DNA of 64,000 nucleotides, from the IMG/VR virus record IMGVR_UViG_2894640787_000005, positions 1,023-65,022 of that record; one strand, written 5' to 3'. Below the pieces are notes generated by a model, which saw only the letters and a program-made list of their open reading frames with translations, did no database searches and had not been told where the DNA came from. A program made the position numbers and the translations under genes. Below are positions 10,497 to 20,686 of the stretch, piece after piece; position 1 is the stretch's first letter, and every line of letters starts with the position of its first letter. This DNA comes from a virus. Lineage: Duplodnaviria; Caudoviricetes.

Positions 10497-11513
10497 TCAC
10501 TTATAGTTTCTTCCTTTCCAGACAATCTTCGTCGGCAACAGGTAAAATACTACCGATAGCGGCCCGATGATGAGTTGGTAAATTTCAAACAGCAACGCAT
10601 ATGGCCATAACTTGGTTTGCCTTAATCGGCTCAATCCAAACGAAAGTACCATGGTCTGGATCATCAATTTGCTCAAATAAATTCCAAGCGCAAGTACAGG
10701 TGCGAGTAAGGCTAGCAAAAGTAAAAGTGGAGCAGTCAGGTATTGCATGTATAGCATCACGACCATCCACAGGGGCAAATTGGCTGCGCCACGCATCCAG
10801 CGCTTACGTTGCTGGAAAAATTCTGAGATTGTCTGAACAGGTTTTGTGCGAGCTAACACGCTCACGTCCAAAAGATTTCGAAAACTATATTTCTGCTTTA
10901 TAATGGCCCGAAATAGCGCATAATCCTCAGTCACGGAGAAAGGAAGCGATTCATACCCACCAACAGCCTTGTAAGCTGTCTGACTCACGGCCATGTTATT
11001 GCCCATCGCTGTTACGGGTATGCCAACACTACTCATTAAATGTGTCAGTGTCAGATTATAAAGCCAGTCGATCGTTTGGAGTTTATGAAAAAATTTCGGG
11101 CCTTCGGGGAGGGTCACTCCGGTAACAATGCCTCCGTTTCCGATAAGATATCGGCTCATTTCTGCCAACCAGCCAGGCGGCACTTGTGTATCTGCATCTG
11201 TAAAAAACAAAAGTTGACCCTGGGCCTGTTGGGCCAGCTGTGCCAGTACATTGGCCTTCCCTCTTAAGCCAGAAACAGATTCAGTGATAGTTACTAACCG
11301 AAAATTGGGTCGCTCGTGGATAAAACTGATTACAAGTCCAGCAGTTTGGTCCGTAGACTGATCATTCCCAATCAGCACTTCTATCGTTCTATGGCTGTCA
11401 TGAAGTTGGTCAATAGCTTGCAGGCATTCCAGAATAGTTGCCTCTTCATTGCGGGCAGCAATCAGGATACTAATCGACGGGTGATCTGGTGCTGGCTGGT
11501 TAGTATCCAGCAT
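10497..11513 (-). CDS. Glycosyltransferase family 2
   Basis: ILIAARNEE, FTDAD (DxD), TEDY, QRKRW motifs, C-terminal TM helices and WKGR; likely start MLDTNQ at 11513. Confidence 0.92.
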   Translation of the reverse strand: MLDTNQPAPDHPSISILIAARNEEATILECLQAIDQLHDSHRTIEVLIGNDQSTDQTAGLVISFIHERPNFRLVTITESVSGLRGKANVLAQLAQQAQGQLLFFTDADTQVPPGWLAEMSRYLIGNGGIVTGVTLPEGPKFFHKLQTIDWLYNLTLTHLMSSVGIPVTAMGNNMAVSQTAYKAVGGYESLPFSVTEDYALFRAIIKQKYSFRNLLDVSVLARTKPVQTISEFFQQRKRWMRGAANLPLWMVVMLYMQYLTAPLLLLLALLAPVLALGIYLSKLMIQTMVLSFGLSRLRQTKLWPYALLFEIYQLIIGPLSVVFYLLPTKIVWKGRNYK

Positions 11514-12144
11514 AAACAGGTTGAGGAACAGCCCTAAACGCATAGCCCCGCTCTGCAAAATAGCCTAGCATACGCGGCAATACATACCGCATGGTTGGCC
11601 AAGCTTTCAGGCTATCGTGAAATACAACGATCGAACCAGGTTTTGTGTATTGAATCGTTTTCTTAAGGCAGACATCAGCAGGTAGTTTACGGTCAAAATC
11701 TCCGGTAAGCACATCCCACATGACAATGGAATAATTTTCCATAACCTGGGCAGCCTGCGTCTTTTTAATGCGACCGTAGGGGGGTCTGAACAAGGATGTT
11801 TCAACGCCTAGATAATCCTGACATTTTTGGATATTTTCCAGATAAACCGAATCATCCGTTTTCCACCCATTAAGATGATTAAACGTGTGATTACCGACCA
11901 TATGCCCTGCTTCAAGCACTTTGTAGAGCATGTCCCGGTGCTTGCGAACATTATCGCCAATACAAAAAAATGTCGCCTGAGCCGAAAATTTATCCAGTTG
12001 ACCCAACACAAACTCTGTCACTTCGGGAATTGGCCCGTCATCGAACGTCAGATAAATCGTTGGCTCGGATTCATCCTCGATCTTCCACCAGCACTCGGGA
12101 TAGACCGTTCGGAGTAGGAAGTTAGACTTATGAAGAAAAAGCAT
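11500..12144 (-). CDS. Polysaccharide deacetylase (NodB/CE4)
   Basis: LTFDDGP, GNHTFNH, FRPPYG and VVFHD motifs. Confidence 0.95.
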   Translation of the reverse strand: MLFLHKSNFLLRTVYPECWWKIEDESEPTIYLTFDDGPIPEVTEFVLGQLDKFSAQATFFCIGDNVRKHRDMLYKVLEAGHMVGNHTFNHLNGWKTDDSVYLENIQKCQDYLGVETSLFRPPYGRIKKTQAAQVMENYSIVMWDVLTGDFDRKLPADVCLKKTIQYTKPGSIVVFHDSLKAWPTMRYVLPRMLGYFAERGYAFRAVPQPVYAGY

Positions 12145-12347
12145 TGGTGCTACAGTAAACGATTGATACTAAATTAGTTATCCCTAATTATTCAGTAGTC
12201 TACTGAAAGCTTACTGAAACTTTTTTACCCCACTCCCACCCGAGTGTCTAGTATTTGATTGCAAGTATATACCATTACGAGTAAAAATTTGTTTTGTTGC
12301 ACTAATTAAAAAATTTATAGATTCGGTATCATAAACCGTTTTTCTTA

Positions 12348-12611
12348 GTGCAAAACCCCGACTCCCAAGCCATCAACAAACGCTTTTTTGCTGCCATCGA
12401 TGAGCTAGTCAAACAGAAAAAGCTTCGCGGTCGGCGCAGCTTCGCCACCCTCTACAACCTCAACTGGGGCAATTTTTATCAACTTCGCAAAAAGCCGGAG
12501 GGGGAATTTCAACTGAGCTATTTAACGTGGCTTGTGAAGGACTTTGGCATTTCTTCCCAATGGCTTTTAACGGGGGAAGGCGAGATGTTTTCGAAACGAT
12601 TAGTCAAATAA
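12348..12611 (+). CDS. Small phage-type HTH DNA-binding protein
   Basis: 87 aa ending in YLTWLVKDFGISSQWLLTGEGEM, typical of Bacteroidota prophage repressor-like HTH proteins. Confidence 0.75.
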   Translation: MQNPDSQAINKRFFAAIDELVKQKKLRGRRSFATLYNLNWGNFYQLRKKPEGEFQLSYLTWLVKDFGISSQWLLTGEGEMFSKRLVK

Positions 12612-12644
12612 AAACGCCGGGCTCATCCCATGACCCGGCGTTTT
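12611..12644. terminator. Bidirectional terminator
   Basis: aaaacgccggg...cccggcgtttt between convergent genes. Confidence 0.75.
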
Positions 12645-12686
12645 CTGCTTCCTCTTTTTTAACCAATAAAACCTAATCTATTTTCT

Positions 12687-14621
12687 TTACGCTTCCGGAT
12701 CGCCATTACTGGTATTGAACCAGGCGATTTTTAGTTTAGCGCCAGTCGGATTACCGGGGAACATCAGTCTCACGTAGTTAAGGTAGTTACTACTAGGAAA
12801 AACGCCCCCCGCCGGAATTGGAATACCAACAGTGCGCCAGGTATCATCGGCCACAATCGTAAAATTGCCCATTTGACCAGAGCCCTCCTTTTCCTGATCT
12901 TGGGGGCTTTGCCCGACCCGACCAGCCACAATATACCCGCCTGTTGGCAACCCACTCCCAGCTTTATAGCGCATCCAAAGGGTTGTGACCGAACTGGCGA
13001 GGAGCGAAACCAGCGGAAAATAGAACCGGAAACCACCCGACAGGGTCAGCTCCATCCCATCTTCGGGCGTTGGGAAACCGGTATCCACCGCATTTTCCCA
13101 GTAGAAGTAGCCCCGCCCGTTGCGGGAGTTGAATTTCCAGCTGAGCGTATTGCGGTGGTCGGTCTGCGCATTGGCCCAGGCGCGAATCTGTGTGACAGTG
13201 CCCACGATAAAGGCATGGTGACTATAATAGACTCCGTTCCAATCGTAGGTGATGTGCTGCTCACTTGTGTTGTAGTTGGCGGGGTTGGCAAATTCGTCGG
13301 TGGCCGAATCAAAGGGTGCATAGCGAAACTGCGAACTGGCAAAACTACCTTCCCGCCAGAGCCCTACGCCGAGACTATCCGCACTGGCTTCAGGCACCAT
13401 CGCTGTCCAGTTTTCTATCTGGTGAACCGGGGTTTGATCCCAATCGGTCAGGAACGTCAAATTGCCGTCTCCAGCTACCCGCGCGTTATACTTGAGTGGT
13501 GCGTTGACAATGAAATTGGGGTATTCGTTCGAGCGGGCCGGGTACTGGGTTTGATCGCCCGTACGGTTATGGGTGAGCTTAGTCCAGACGTGCACGGCCC
13601 GCCCGTCGAGTCTGACCCATTGTTCTAAAATCACGTCGGTGGGATCATTTTGCACCGCCCAGTTCATCATGCGCACTTTTATATAATGCGTTGTGCCGTC
13701 GTTTCCGTAGGCCATAACCACCGCCGGGTTATCAAACGTATCCCCTACCTGAATCGGATTGTTGCCGACTCCTGCCCCTTCCGGAGTTGCCCAGGCGGGT
13801 TCCACCGCTTTTCCTTCAGATTCTACCTGCCGGGTGCGACCGCCCCGGTAAATGGTCAGTCCATTGCCTCTACCCCAATCAAATTGGTTGATTAAGTTGG
13901 GTCCACCCGAGAAGGAAATGTGCGCGGGTGAGCCGCCGAAATTCTTCCAGAGTTCAACGTGAATGGTCCCGTTGTCCAGTACTGCTTTGGGGCCAATCGC
14001 CTGCCCCCTGTGCACACGTGTATCCGTGGTGGGCCAATCGGTATTGGTCGTAATGGGCTGATACGCGAAGGTCTCCCAGGTGGGCAGGTTGGGGCCAACC
14101 GAACCCGATACCACGACATGAATGGTTTTCGTCGCTGGAGTTTGCTGGTTATCGGTTTGCTTGGCGGTAATCGTTACCGAACTATCCGCTGACAGTCCAG
14201 AAGGGACAGTACCAGATATTTTTAGTCGTTTTGCCCCACTCACCGTTTCAGTCACGGCGGTTAAAAAGGCATGACTGGCCATCGATAAGAGCGTAATGGT
14301 TTGCCCACTGGCTGCCGTGGCCGCCGAATAGGGCACTATCCACTCATAGGCTGAGCCGGGCGTCATATCGGGCGCTGTTGGCAAACTCAGTGAAGGAGCC
14401 GCTGCGGGGGAACACTCCCGAACCGAATCAATCTCAGGGGCCACATCGGTCGTGGCCGCAATCACCGCATCAATCGAGGCCAGCCCGCGAAAATAGGTTT
14501 CAGCCTCCTCACAACTCCAGCTTGAATACAATAACCAGCGGTCGGTACCGGCTGGCCAGCCCGTCACACCCGTGAAGGGGTTGCGGATCTTTTTGGCGTA
14601 TTGATTACTTGTCGAGGGCAT
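12687..14621 (-). CDS. Putative tail/receptor-binding protein with Ig-like and carbohydrate-active-like domains
   Basis: Last gene of the tail run; Ig-like TITAKQTD segment then beta-rich domain (IHVELWKNFGG...NLINQFDWGRG). Confidence 0.6.
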   Translation of the reverse strand: MPSTSNQYAKKIRNPFTGVTGWPAGTDRWLLYSSWSCEEAETYFRGLASIDAVIAATTDVAPEIDSVRECSPAAAPSLSLPTAPDMTPGSAYEWIVPYSAATAASGQTITLLSMASHAFLTAVTETVSGAKRLKISGTVPSGLSADSSVTITAKQTDNQQTPATKTIHVVVSGSVGPNLPTWETFAYQPITTNTDWPTTDTRVHRGQAIGPKAVLDNGTIHVELWKNFGGSPAHISFSGGPNLINQFDWGRGNGLTIYRGGRTRQVESEGKAVEPAWATPEGAGVGNNPIQVGDTFDNPAVVMAYGNDGTTHYIKVRMMNWAVQNDPTDVILEQWVRLDGRAVHVWTKLTHNRTGDQTQYPARSNEYPNFIVNAPLKYNARVAGDGNLTFLTDWDQTPVHQIENWTAMVPEASADSLGVGLWREGSFASSQFRYAPFDSATDEFANPANYNTSEQHITYDWNGVYYSHHAFIVGTVTQIRAWANAQTDHRNTLSWKFNSRNGRGYFYWENAVDTGFPTPEDGMELTLSGGFRFYFPLVSLLASSVTTLWMRYKAGSGLPTGGYIVAGRVGQSPQDQEKEGSGQMGNFTIVADDTWRTVGIPIPAGGVFPSSNYLNYVRLMFPGNPTGAKLKIAWFNTSNGDPEA

Positions 14622-15105
14622 AATCAGCGATGGTTTTTAGCCCCGACACCGTAGCGGTCGAGGTCGTTGGTGTAGGTATCTGATCCAGTTTTATCCAGTA
14701 AAATCCACTGGCGGCCGTAGCGCCCCACATGCGTTTTTCGTAACCGGCCGGCGCAAAATTATCCGGTGGTGAATAACCCGAATTGGCCGTTGCGACGCCT
14801 TTAACAACAACACCGGGTAGTTTGTCAAACTGAATATTTGACCCCCTCGGCGCGATTTTATCAGGTTCTCCCTCCACTGAGTACACTTCAATTGGGTTGT
14901 CATAGCCCGTTGCCTGCACAATAGGATAGCCTCCCCGTGTACCGAGTCGGGTGCGCGGCAAACCAAATACGGGAGGCACAACCACCGGAGGTGTGATTGG
15001 TGTTGGATCGGCCGTTGTCTCATTCCCAATAAGGGCTTTGGCCTCTTCGAGCAAGTCAATGAACTGATCGAGAAGGGTTCGGAGTTTTTGTTGATTAGCG
15101 GTCAT
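14605..15105 (-). CDS. Phage hypothetical protein
   Basis: 166 aa, overlaps both neighbours in the tail operon. Confidence 0.7.
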   Translation of the reverse strand: MTANQQKLRTLLDQFIDLLEEAKALIGNETTADPTPITPPVVVPPVFGLPRTRLGTRGGYPIVQATGYDNPIEVYSVEGEPDKIAPRGSNIQFDKLPGVVVKGVATANSGYSPPDNFAPAGYEKRMWGATAASGFYWIKLDQIPTPTTSTATVSGLKTIADYALDK

Positions 15106-15692
15106 GGTGCCAGGGGTAAAATGGTTGTACGATCAATGGCCCCGGTTACCAAATACGAGGCCGTCTGGATATTATTGACCCCATCAGGGGAAAGCGACAC
15201 GTTAAGAATGTCGCCTGGATAAGCCAGTGAGACAAACGCACTGGACTGATAGCCGTAGGAATCGGGTTCTGGTAGCAATGGGACCGGTGCCCAACTCCCG
15301 GCAAAATGCCCCACATACTCAAGCTTATAGTTCCAGCTGGAGGGCGTTCGAAAATAGAAAAACACGGAAAATCCATCCGAATTCGGCGTAGCGTAGACAT
15401 CAATCGCCAACGGCAGCGCTAACACATAATCAGCAAGGGTAAGCAGTCCCGACACCGGCGGATCGGTTGGTGGCTCACCCGGATCGGTTCCGCTGCAAGA
15501 GGTCGAAAGTGACGATAAAGGCCCCGCGTAGCGGATAAGGCCCGAACGAAGCGGTATGTGCTTATCTCCAACAACTGGCAAATCGATGCCTTCAGGCAGG
15601 ACATAATACACCTTATCGGTGGGCTGACCCGTTCCGGTCAGGGCCAGCTCGGAGCTAATGCGGGCAAACCGGGCAACGTAGCGCGTAGCCAT
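15102..15692 (-). CDS. Phage hypothetical protein
   Basis: 196 aa, translationally coupled within the tail operon. Confidence 0.7.
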   Translation of the reverse strand: MATRYVARFARISSELALTGTGQPTDKVYYVLPEGIDLPVVGDKHIPLRSGLIRYAGPLSSLSTSCSGTDPGEPPTDPPVSGLLTLADYVLALPLAIDVYATPNSDGFSVFFYFRTPSSWNYKLEYVGHFAGSWAPVPLLPEPDSYGYQSSAFVSLAYPGDILNVSLSPDGVNNIQTASYLVTGAIDRTTILPLAP

Positions 15693-15693
15693 A

Positions 15694-18012
15694 TCAGGGC
15701 AGTTCAGTTAAAAACGTGGTGACCAGTCCCGCCAATAAATTCCGGGCTTTGCCCGACGGATCAGAATGCGGATGCACATTGTCCGGCACCCAGTAGCGAA
15801 GCGCACTCATGTCGTGAGCGGTGTCCGCACCCGACGAATAACTACTCCAGGGCACTGTAGTCCACAGGGCCTGCGTGCCCGGCACTTTTTGTTGACCCCA
15901 GCCGGTTTTCTCCCAAAGTTTTAACAGCGGAAATTGCCAGTAGGTGGCCAGCGTTTGTTGACCTAATGCCACTCGGGGGTCGAGCTGGTTTTCATAATGG
16001 CCTTCCAGGGCGATTTTGGCGCGGGGATTATAACTTAAAATGATATCAATGATGTAATTGGACGCGCCCAGAAAATAATTCCGGTTGTTACGGGTGGCCG
16101 GAACGGTATCAAATTCGGCTATAGTTTCCGAAGTAAAGCGGTCGTTATAGCCATGCGATAAGACAAATAAATCGGGCATGGGGTAGGTTCCATTCAGGTA
16201 AGGCACCAGACTTCGCTCGTAGGAACAGTTCAGAAAATAGACCGTATCGGCAGGAGTGAGCACATTGGGTGGTGAATTGCCCAAAACGGCACTGTAAGTG
16301 CTCCAGCCCGAAATCAACGCCCGCTTTTCGGCCAGTGTCATACTTAAACTGTATGCCACGTTCTGCCAGGGCACGCCCGCCCAACTGCCCGTTTTATCGG
16401 CTTTGCGAATAGTCGAAGACGGCACCGCTTGGTTGATTAATGTGGCACCAACCGCTTCGCTCGCCAGCTCCCAATAGCCTCCCAACGCCGGAATGCTGGT
16501 TCCACCTAACCAGATCCGTTTGCCGGTTAGATTGGTGGCAGGCCTATAGGTATAGGGGTAAACGGTGGTGGCGGTACTGCCTTCCTCAAATTGAAACAAG
16601 GCCGGATCGCCAATGACGGTTAAGCGAACAAAGGCGCATTTGGCCGGGGTCGTAACGCTCAAGGCGGCTCGGTCATAGCGAAGGCCTGAGATAAAGATTT
16701 GGGCCGAATCATAGAAGCAGACGAATTGCTTGTTGGTGGGCGTGTAGACGGTAGCTGGCTTAACGGGTATAAAGCCTGACACCATGCCGGTGGCGTAGTA
16801 GGTTAGAAAGTTGTTTTCGTCCAGGTAGCGGTACCGAATCGTATCCGGTGCATTTTTATTGAACAGGTTTTTGCCCTGCACAAAAACGCCGTTCAGCGTC
16901 GTAACGGCCTGTACTGCGCGGGCTTTGGCTTGTCTGGCCGTCACCATGGCCGTCGACGCCTGAGGGGTCGTTACGTCCAGATTGACCGCATAGGGAATGT
17001 AGGTGGTACTGCTGGTAGTTCCCGCTTCGACCATAAACGCGTCTTTCGGGGTGCCCAGCGTGGCCCGAATATAGTAGGTGCCTGCCGTGACCGTAAAGCT
17101 ATTGGCCGGCCGGTCAAAGGCGGCTCCTGTGCCCAACGGAACTTGCAAAGAATCGTAATACGCTACGTTCTGCCGGGAGCCGTTCGCTACGTACACGCCC
17201 GACGGAGTCACCGGAATAAAGCCTGACACGAAGTAACCCGACGCGAAAGTGAGTACGCCAGCCGGGGTCACGTAATAATTATCTTTACTGCCTTCCGTGT
17301 CGTTTTTATTATAGAGGTTTTTACCCCCGGACAATTGGCGAGTTAATACTTTACTGGCTAACGCTGTGCGTTGCGCCCGAAGTGCCGTGCGCGTCTCCCC
17401 GTTCAGAGTTAATTGGTAACTAGGTGCTCCCACGATGCTACTGCCCACCTGCAGCTGAAACGTGGTCAGTAAGCTATTGGCTACCGTAATCCGAATGTAA
17501 TAGGTGTTTGCGGTAACGGTAAAGCTATTACTGGGCCGGTTATAGCTGGCCCCAACGCCTAAGGCTACCTGCTCTTTGGAGTAATAGGTCACGTACTGCT
17601 TATCACTAGCAGTTAAGACCATTCCGGGGGAAACCGGAATAAAATTCGACTCGGTGTAGAGCGCATTGGCGATGGTGTCGCCCGCCGTGTTGAAGTATTT
17701 GCCCGGCATATTGCCCGGATCCGCGTAGTTAAAGAGCTGTTTTCCCCGAATCAGCACGCCCGACAACTCACTGGCCATGGCCTTTAAGCCTAGTTTGGCC
17801 CCCAGTCCTTTTACCTGATTGGGGTCAATGGGCACTTTGAACGGCGTGCCAAATTTGGGCGTCAGGACTAGATTATTGCTGGCATCAAATGACAGATTAT
17901 ACACGCCCTGAAGCGTTGGGCGCTGAATGCCGGGACCGATTTCTACTTTTTGCCCAAGCGCAACAGTAGCGACAAGAAGCAGGAAACATATGGGAAGTTT
18001 AGTCATGGTCAT
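15694..18012 (-). CDS. Tail-associated protein: three GKNLFN-type beta-sandwich repeats plus C-terminal SGNH/GDSL esterase
   Basis: Signal peptide-like N-terminus; three roughly 115-aa repeats (GK[QN]L[FY]N...FIPV.P...YYIR); GGTSI, HGYND and DNVHP blocks. Confidence 0.75.
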   Translation of the reverse strand: MTMTKLPICFLLLVATVALGQKVEIGPGIQRPTLQGVYNLSFDASNNLVLTPKFGTPFKVPIDPNQVKGLGAKLGLKAMASELSGVLIRGKQLFNYADPGNMPGKYFNTAGDTIANALYTESNFIPVSPGMVLTASDKQYVTYYSKEQVALGVGASYNRPSNSFTVTANTYYIRITVANSLLTTFQLQVGSSIVGAPSYQLTLNGETRTALRAQRTALASKVLTRQLSGGKNLYNKNDTEGSKDNYYVTPAGVLTFASGYFVSGFIPVTPSGVYVANGSRQNVAYYDSLQVPLGTGAAFDRPANSFTVTAGTYYIRATLGTPKDAFMVEAGTTSSTTYIPYAVNLDVTTPQASTAMVTARQAKARAVQAVTTLNGVFVQGKNLFNKNAPDTIRYRYLDENNFLTYYATGMVSGFIPVKPATVYTPTNKQFVCFYDSAQIFISGLRYDRAALSVTTPAKCAFVRLTVIGDPALFQFEEGSTATTVYPYTYRPATNLTGKRIWLGGTSIPALGGYWELASEAVGATLINQAVPSSTIRKADKTGSWAGVPWQNVAYSLSMTLAEKRALISGWSTYSAVLGNSPPNVLTPADTVYFLNCSYERSLVPYLNGTYPMPDLFVLSHGYNDRFTSETIAEFDTVPATRNNRNYFLGASNYIIDIILSYNPRAKIALEGHYENQLDPRVALGQQTLATYWQFPLLKLWEKTGWGQQKVPGTQALWTTVPWSSYSSGADTAHDMSALRYWVPDNVHPHSDPSGKARNLLAGLVTTFLTELP

Positions 18013-18800
18013 GTCGTTGGAATTATTTTTAATGATAATACCCCGCCCGCGTAATCGGAGACGCCGTCGGGGTAGTTGATAAGAAAATGGGTATTATCGG
18101 GAAAGGTCAGTTTCATGGTTTGATCCAGCCCTCCGGCCGCATCCTGCAACAGTTTACGAAACCGTCCACCGGGCAGATTGAACCCATGCAACTGAGGTGT
18201 ACCGATCATATCGGCACTCAAATAAAACAAATGCTCGTTATCCACCGTGAGTCCAACCACCTCCTCATCTTCATAACAAAAAATGGCTTCAATCACCCGC
18301 TCATCCCCCGGAATCTGGCCGGTGCTAAAGGGAAGTAATAGATCAGCCACGTAGGTTAGATCCGCATCCGATGCCGCCGTGGTTAAATTTAGCAACGTGG
18401 GAATGACGCCATTCACTAATTCATAGCGCGTCAGGAGCGTATTCCAGTGCAAAACTAGGGGTTGCGCTTCGGCGGGAGCCGTTAGAATTACTGGGTATTG
18501 GGAGTCTTCGGGTGTCAGATCGCCGTCGGGCGTTGCCGACACTACCCGACCACTTTCGGTGAGCTCAATCGAGGCTGCCAGTACCTTTTGATACGAACCC
18601 GGCTCATCGGTCGGCAGTAGCGCATTTCGGGCATAGAGCCAGTACAGCACGCCGGTTCTCAGATCGCCCCCATCCGGGTCCTGATCGAAAATCAAATCTA
18701 CCGACCAGTCTACCCAATCGGTAAAGAGCCCATCGCGTTCGATCCGATATTCCCAGTTGGGGCCTGTAGCCGTCCCCGTCGGCGCAAAGGGCTTACTCAT
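18009..18800 (-). CDS. Phage tail hypothetical protein
   Basis: 263 aa, coupled between the tail hub gene and the esterase gene. Confidence 0.7.
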   Translation of the reverse strand: MSKPFAPTGTATGPNWEYRIERDGLFTDWVDWSVDLIFDQDPDGGDLRTGVLYWLYARNALLPTDEPGSYQKVLAASIELTESGRVVSATPDGDLTPEDSQYPVILTAPAEAQPLVLHWNTLLTRYELVNGVIPTLLNLTTAASDADLTYVADLLLPFSTGQIPGDERVIEAIFCYEDEEVVGLTVDNEHLFYLSADMIGTPQLHGFNLPGGRFRKLLQDAAGGLDQTMKLTFPDNTHFLINYPDGVSDYAGGVLSLKIIPTT

Positions 18801-20686
18801 AATTTCTTTATGGCAATGGCCTGAAGCTGACCAATAATTGTCTGTTTTACATTCTCGGGCGGTCCATCATACACGGCAACCTTTAGAAAATTGCGTACCA
18901 GTTGGTTATGCAGCAAAGGGGTAAACCCCTCGGGTACCGGTGTCGCTGATAAGGTATAATTCGTTGCGTGGGCAATGACACGAATTTGATCACTGACGGT
19001 TTGCAGAATTTCAGCTTTATTCAAAGCGGCAATATCCGTGCTGTTTTTGCCCACCAATGGATCAACCAAACCGCTCCCATTGAGCACCTTTGTCATATCC
19101 TTTTGGTGGGACAGAATTCTAGCCAGCAAAGGGACTTTGGGTGCATCACCAAGGGTAAGCGTGTACTTATACGGCCGAATCACATCCCTGGTAAACCCAA
19201 TTATTCTTGCGTAGCGGTCAATGCCTAATTCCGTGTCAACTAGTCGAATCTGATCTCCGACTGAGAAAAAGTTGGGTGGATTGTCAATGGGAATTGACCC
19301 GGTATCATTGGCCAACTTTTGAAGGTACATTTCATCAAGCGTCAGCGAATACTCCACCGCTGGCGTACTGTTTTCGCGGAGCCATTGGGTGCCTGCGGCT
19401 AACAGTTGGGCTTCGGCGGCTTCGACGTATTCATCCGGCATGATGATGTCAGTCATCACGTAGGTATCACCCGCAGCAATGCGAAACGGGGAGCCATCAA
19501 CCGGATCGGGAAAAATTTGACCCCGCTCATCCGTGAATGATTTAATCGTAAACGTCTTGGTGGTTGGATCAAACTTGACTAATTCAAAATCATAGCCAGC
19601 CAGTCCCCCCGTTTGAAAATGAATTTTTATAGTCAGACCATCAATTATATATTGATAGTGAGGCTTACTATTTCCATTCACGACATCATACCGATCAATG
19701 GCCAATGGGTTGAAGGGGATATCGGGATCGGTGAAGGTGAGTTGTGATGCTGAAGCGCCGACGGTTCCCGTTCGATGCGGGTAGACCTCCTCAAAAATCT
19801 GGGTACCTTCGATGAGGCCAAACGCAGCAATAGCCGCACTGTTATCAAGAAAGGAATCATCCAGCGAGGAGGTGCCAGAGCCCGCAAAAGGCAACTGTAA
19901 GCGTGTAGCATAGCCCCGGTAGCCACTGGGTAGGTTTTTACTTGAGCCAAATATATACGCCCGCGTCACAAAAGGCGTATTCTCAACGGATCGACGACTC
20001 AGCTCATACAAGCCCTTTCCCTGTCCATACTGGAACGTATACTCCAGTACCTGACCGGCAGGCTTAATGTGTAAGACTCGATTCGGCGCATCATTCGGTC
20101 GGTATTCAATTTGAAACTCAGTTCCCCACTCCGTGCAGAGTCGTTGCAGCACCGACAGACAATTCTCATTCTCGAAGGTGAGGGTTTTGGTGACCGTATC
20201 TTCCCCATCGATGGGAGGTCCAACAGTACCGGTATCATCGACTTCGCCGGGAATCTGAACCGTGCCAAGACCCCACGCTCCGCCAAAGACGCGGGCCATG
20301 TTACTCTGCAAAACGGTCGAGAAAAATTGGAGATTCCCGGTTAAGGAAAACGAAGAGGAAAGGGCGTTGCCACTGGTTGCCGAATCAAAAAAGATGACTC
20401 GGAGTAAATGGTACTGTGGACCCTCCAGTTTGACTTCGTACTCAAACCAATCCTCTCCTTTTCGGGTCAGGGCAGGCACTTGATTGGTGGTGTACAGCTG
20501 CCCAAATATGGGGACGGTCACCCCAATCCCGACCACTAACGGCGCCGTGGTTTTTACCGAAAATGTGAGTGTATCCGCATTCAATAATTCCTGTTTCTGT
20601 TCACCTTTTTCCAGGGAACGAACAGGCGCAAGGGCTAAAACGGGTACCTCGTCGCCATTGGACTGCCTTAATACAATCGGGGCCAT
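18797..20686 (-). CDS. Phage tail hub/Tal-like (tail spike) protein
   Basis: Position after Dit-like gene; FQYGQGKGLYELSR, TRAYIFGSSKNLP and FEEVYPHRTGTV motifs typical of Bacteroidota siphophage tail proteins. Confidence 0.8.
   Translation of the reverse strand: MAPIVLRQSNGDEVPVLALAPVRSLEKGEQKQELLNADTLTFSVKTTAPLVVGIGVTVPIFGQLYTTNQVPALTRKGEDWFEYEVKLEGPQYHLLRVIFFDSATSGNALSSSFSLTGNLQFFSTVLQSNMARVFGGAWGLGTVQIPGEVDDTGTVGPPIDGEDTVTKTLTFENENCLSVLQRLCTEWGTEFQIEYRPNDAPNRVLHIKPAGQVLEYTFQYGQGKGLYELSRRSVENTPFVTRAYIFGSSKNLPSGYRGYATRLQLPFAGSGTSSLDDSFLDNSAAIAAFGLIEGTQIFEEVYPHRTGTVGASASQLTFTDPDIPFNPLAIDRYDVVNGNSKPHYQYIIDGLTIKIHFQTGGLAGYDFELVKFDPTTKTFTIKSFTDERGQIFPDPVDGSPFRIAAGDTYVMTDIIMPDEYVEAAEAQLLAAGTQWLRENSTPAVEYSLTLDEMYLQKLANDTGSIPIDNPPNFFSVGDQIRLVDTELGIDRYARIIGFTRDVIRPYKYTLTLGDAPKVPLLARILSHQKDMTKVLNGSGLVDPLVGKNSTDIAALNKAEILQTVSDQIRVIAHATNYTLSATPVPEGFTPLLHNQLVRNFLKVAVYDGPPENVKQTIIGQLQAIAIKKL

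Noticed and set aside
12255-12290. Degenerate fourth copy of the bipartite site at the prophage left edge
   Set aside because: Only ttgcaa and cattac fragments match, and box order/orientation is inconsistent with the three clear copies
12873-13628. 251-aa plus-strand ORF and other long antisense ORFs in GC-rich tail genes
   Set aside because: Fully nested opposite well-supported genes with no recognisable motifs; shadow ORFs
12687-18012. Diversity-generating retroelement acting on tail-fibre genes
   Set aside because: No reverse transcriptase ORF and no template/variable repeat pair differing at adenines was seen
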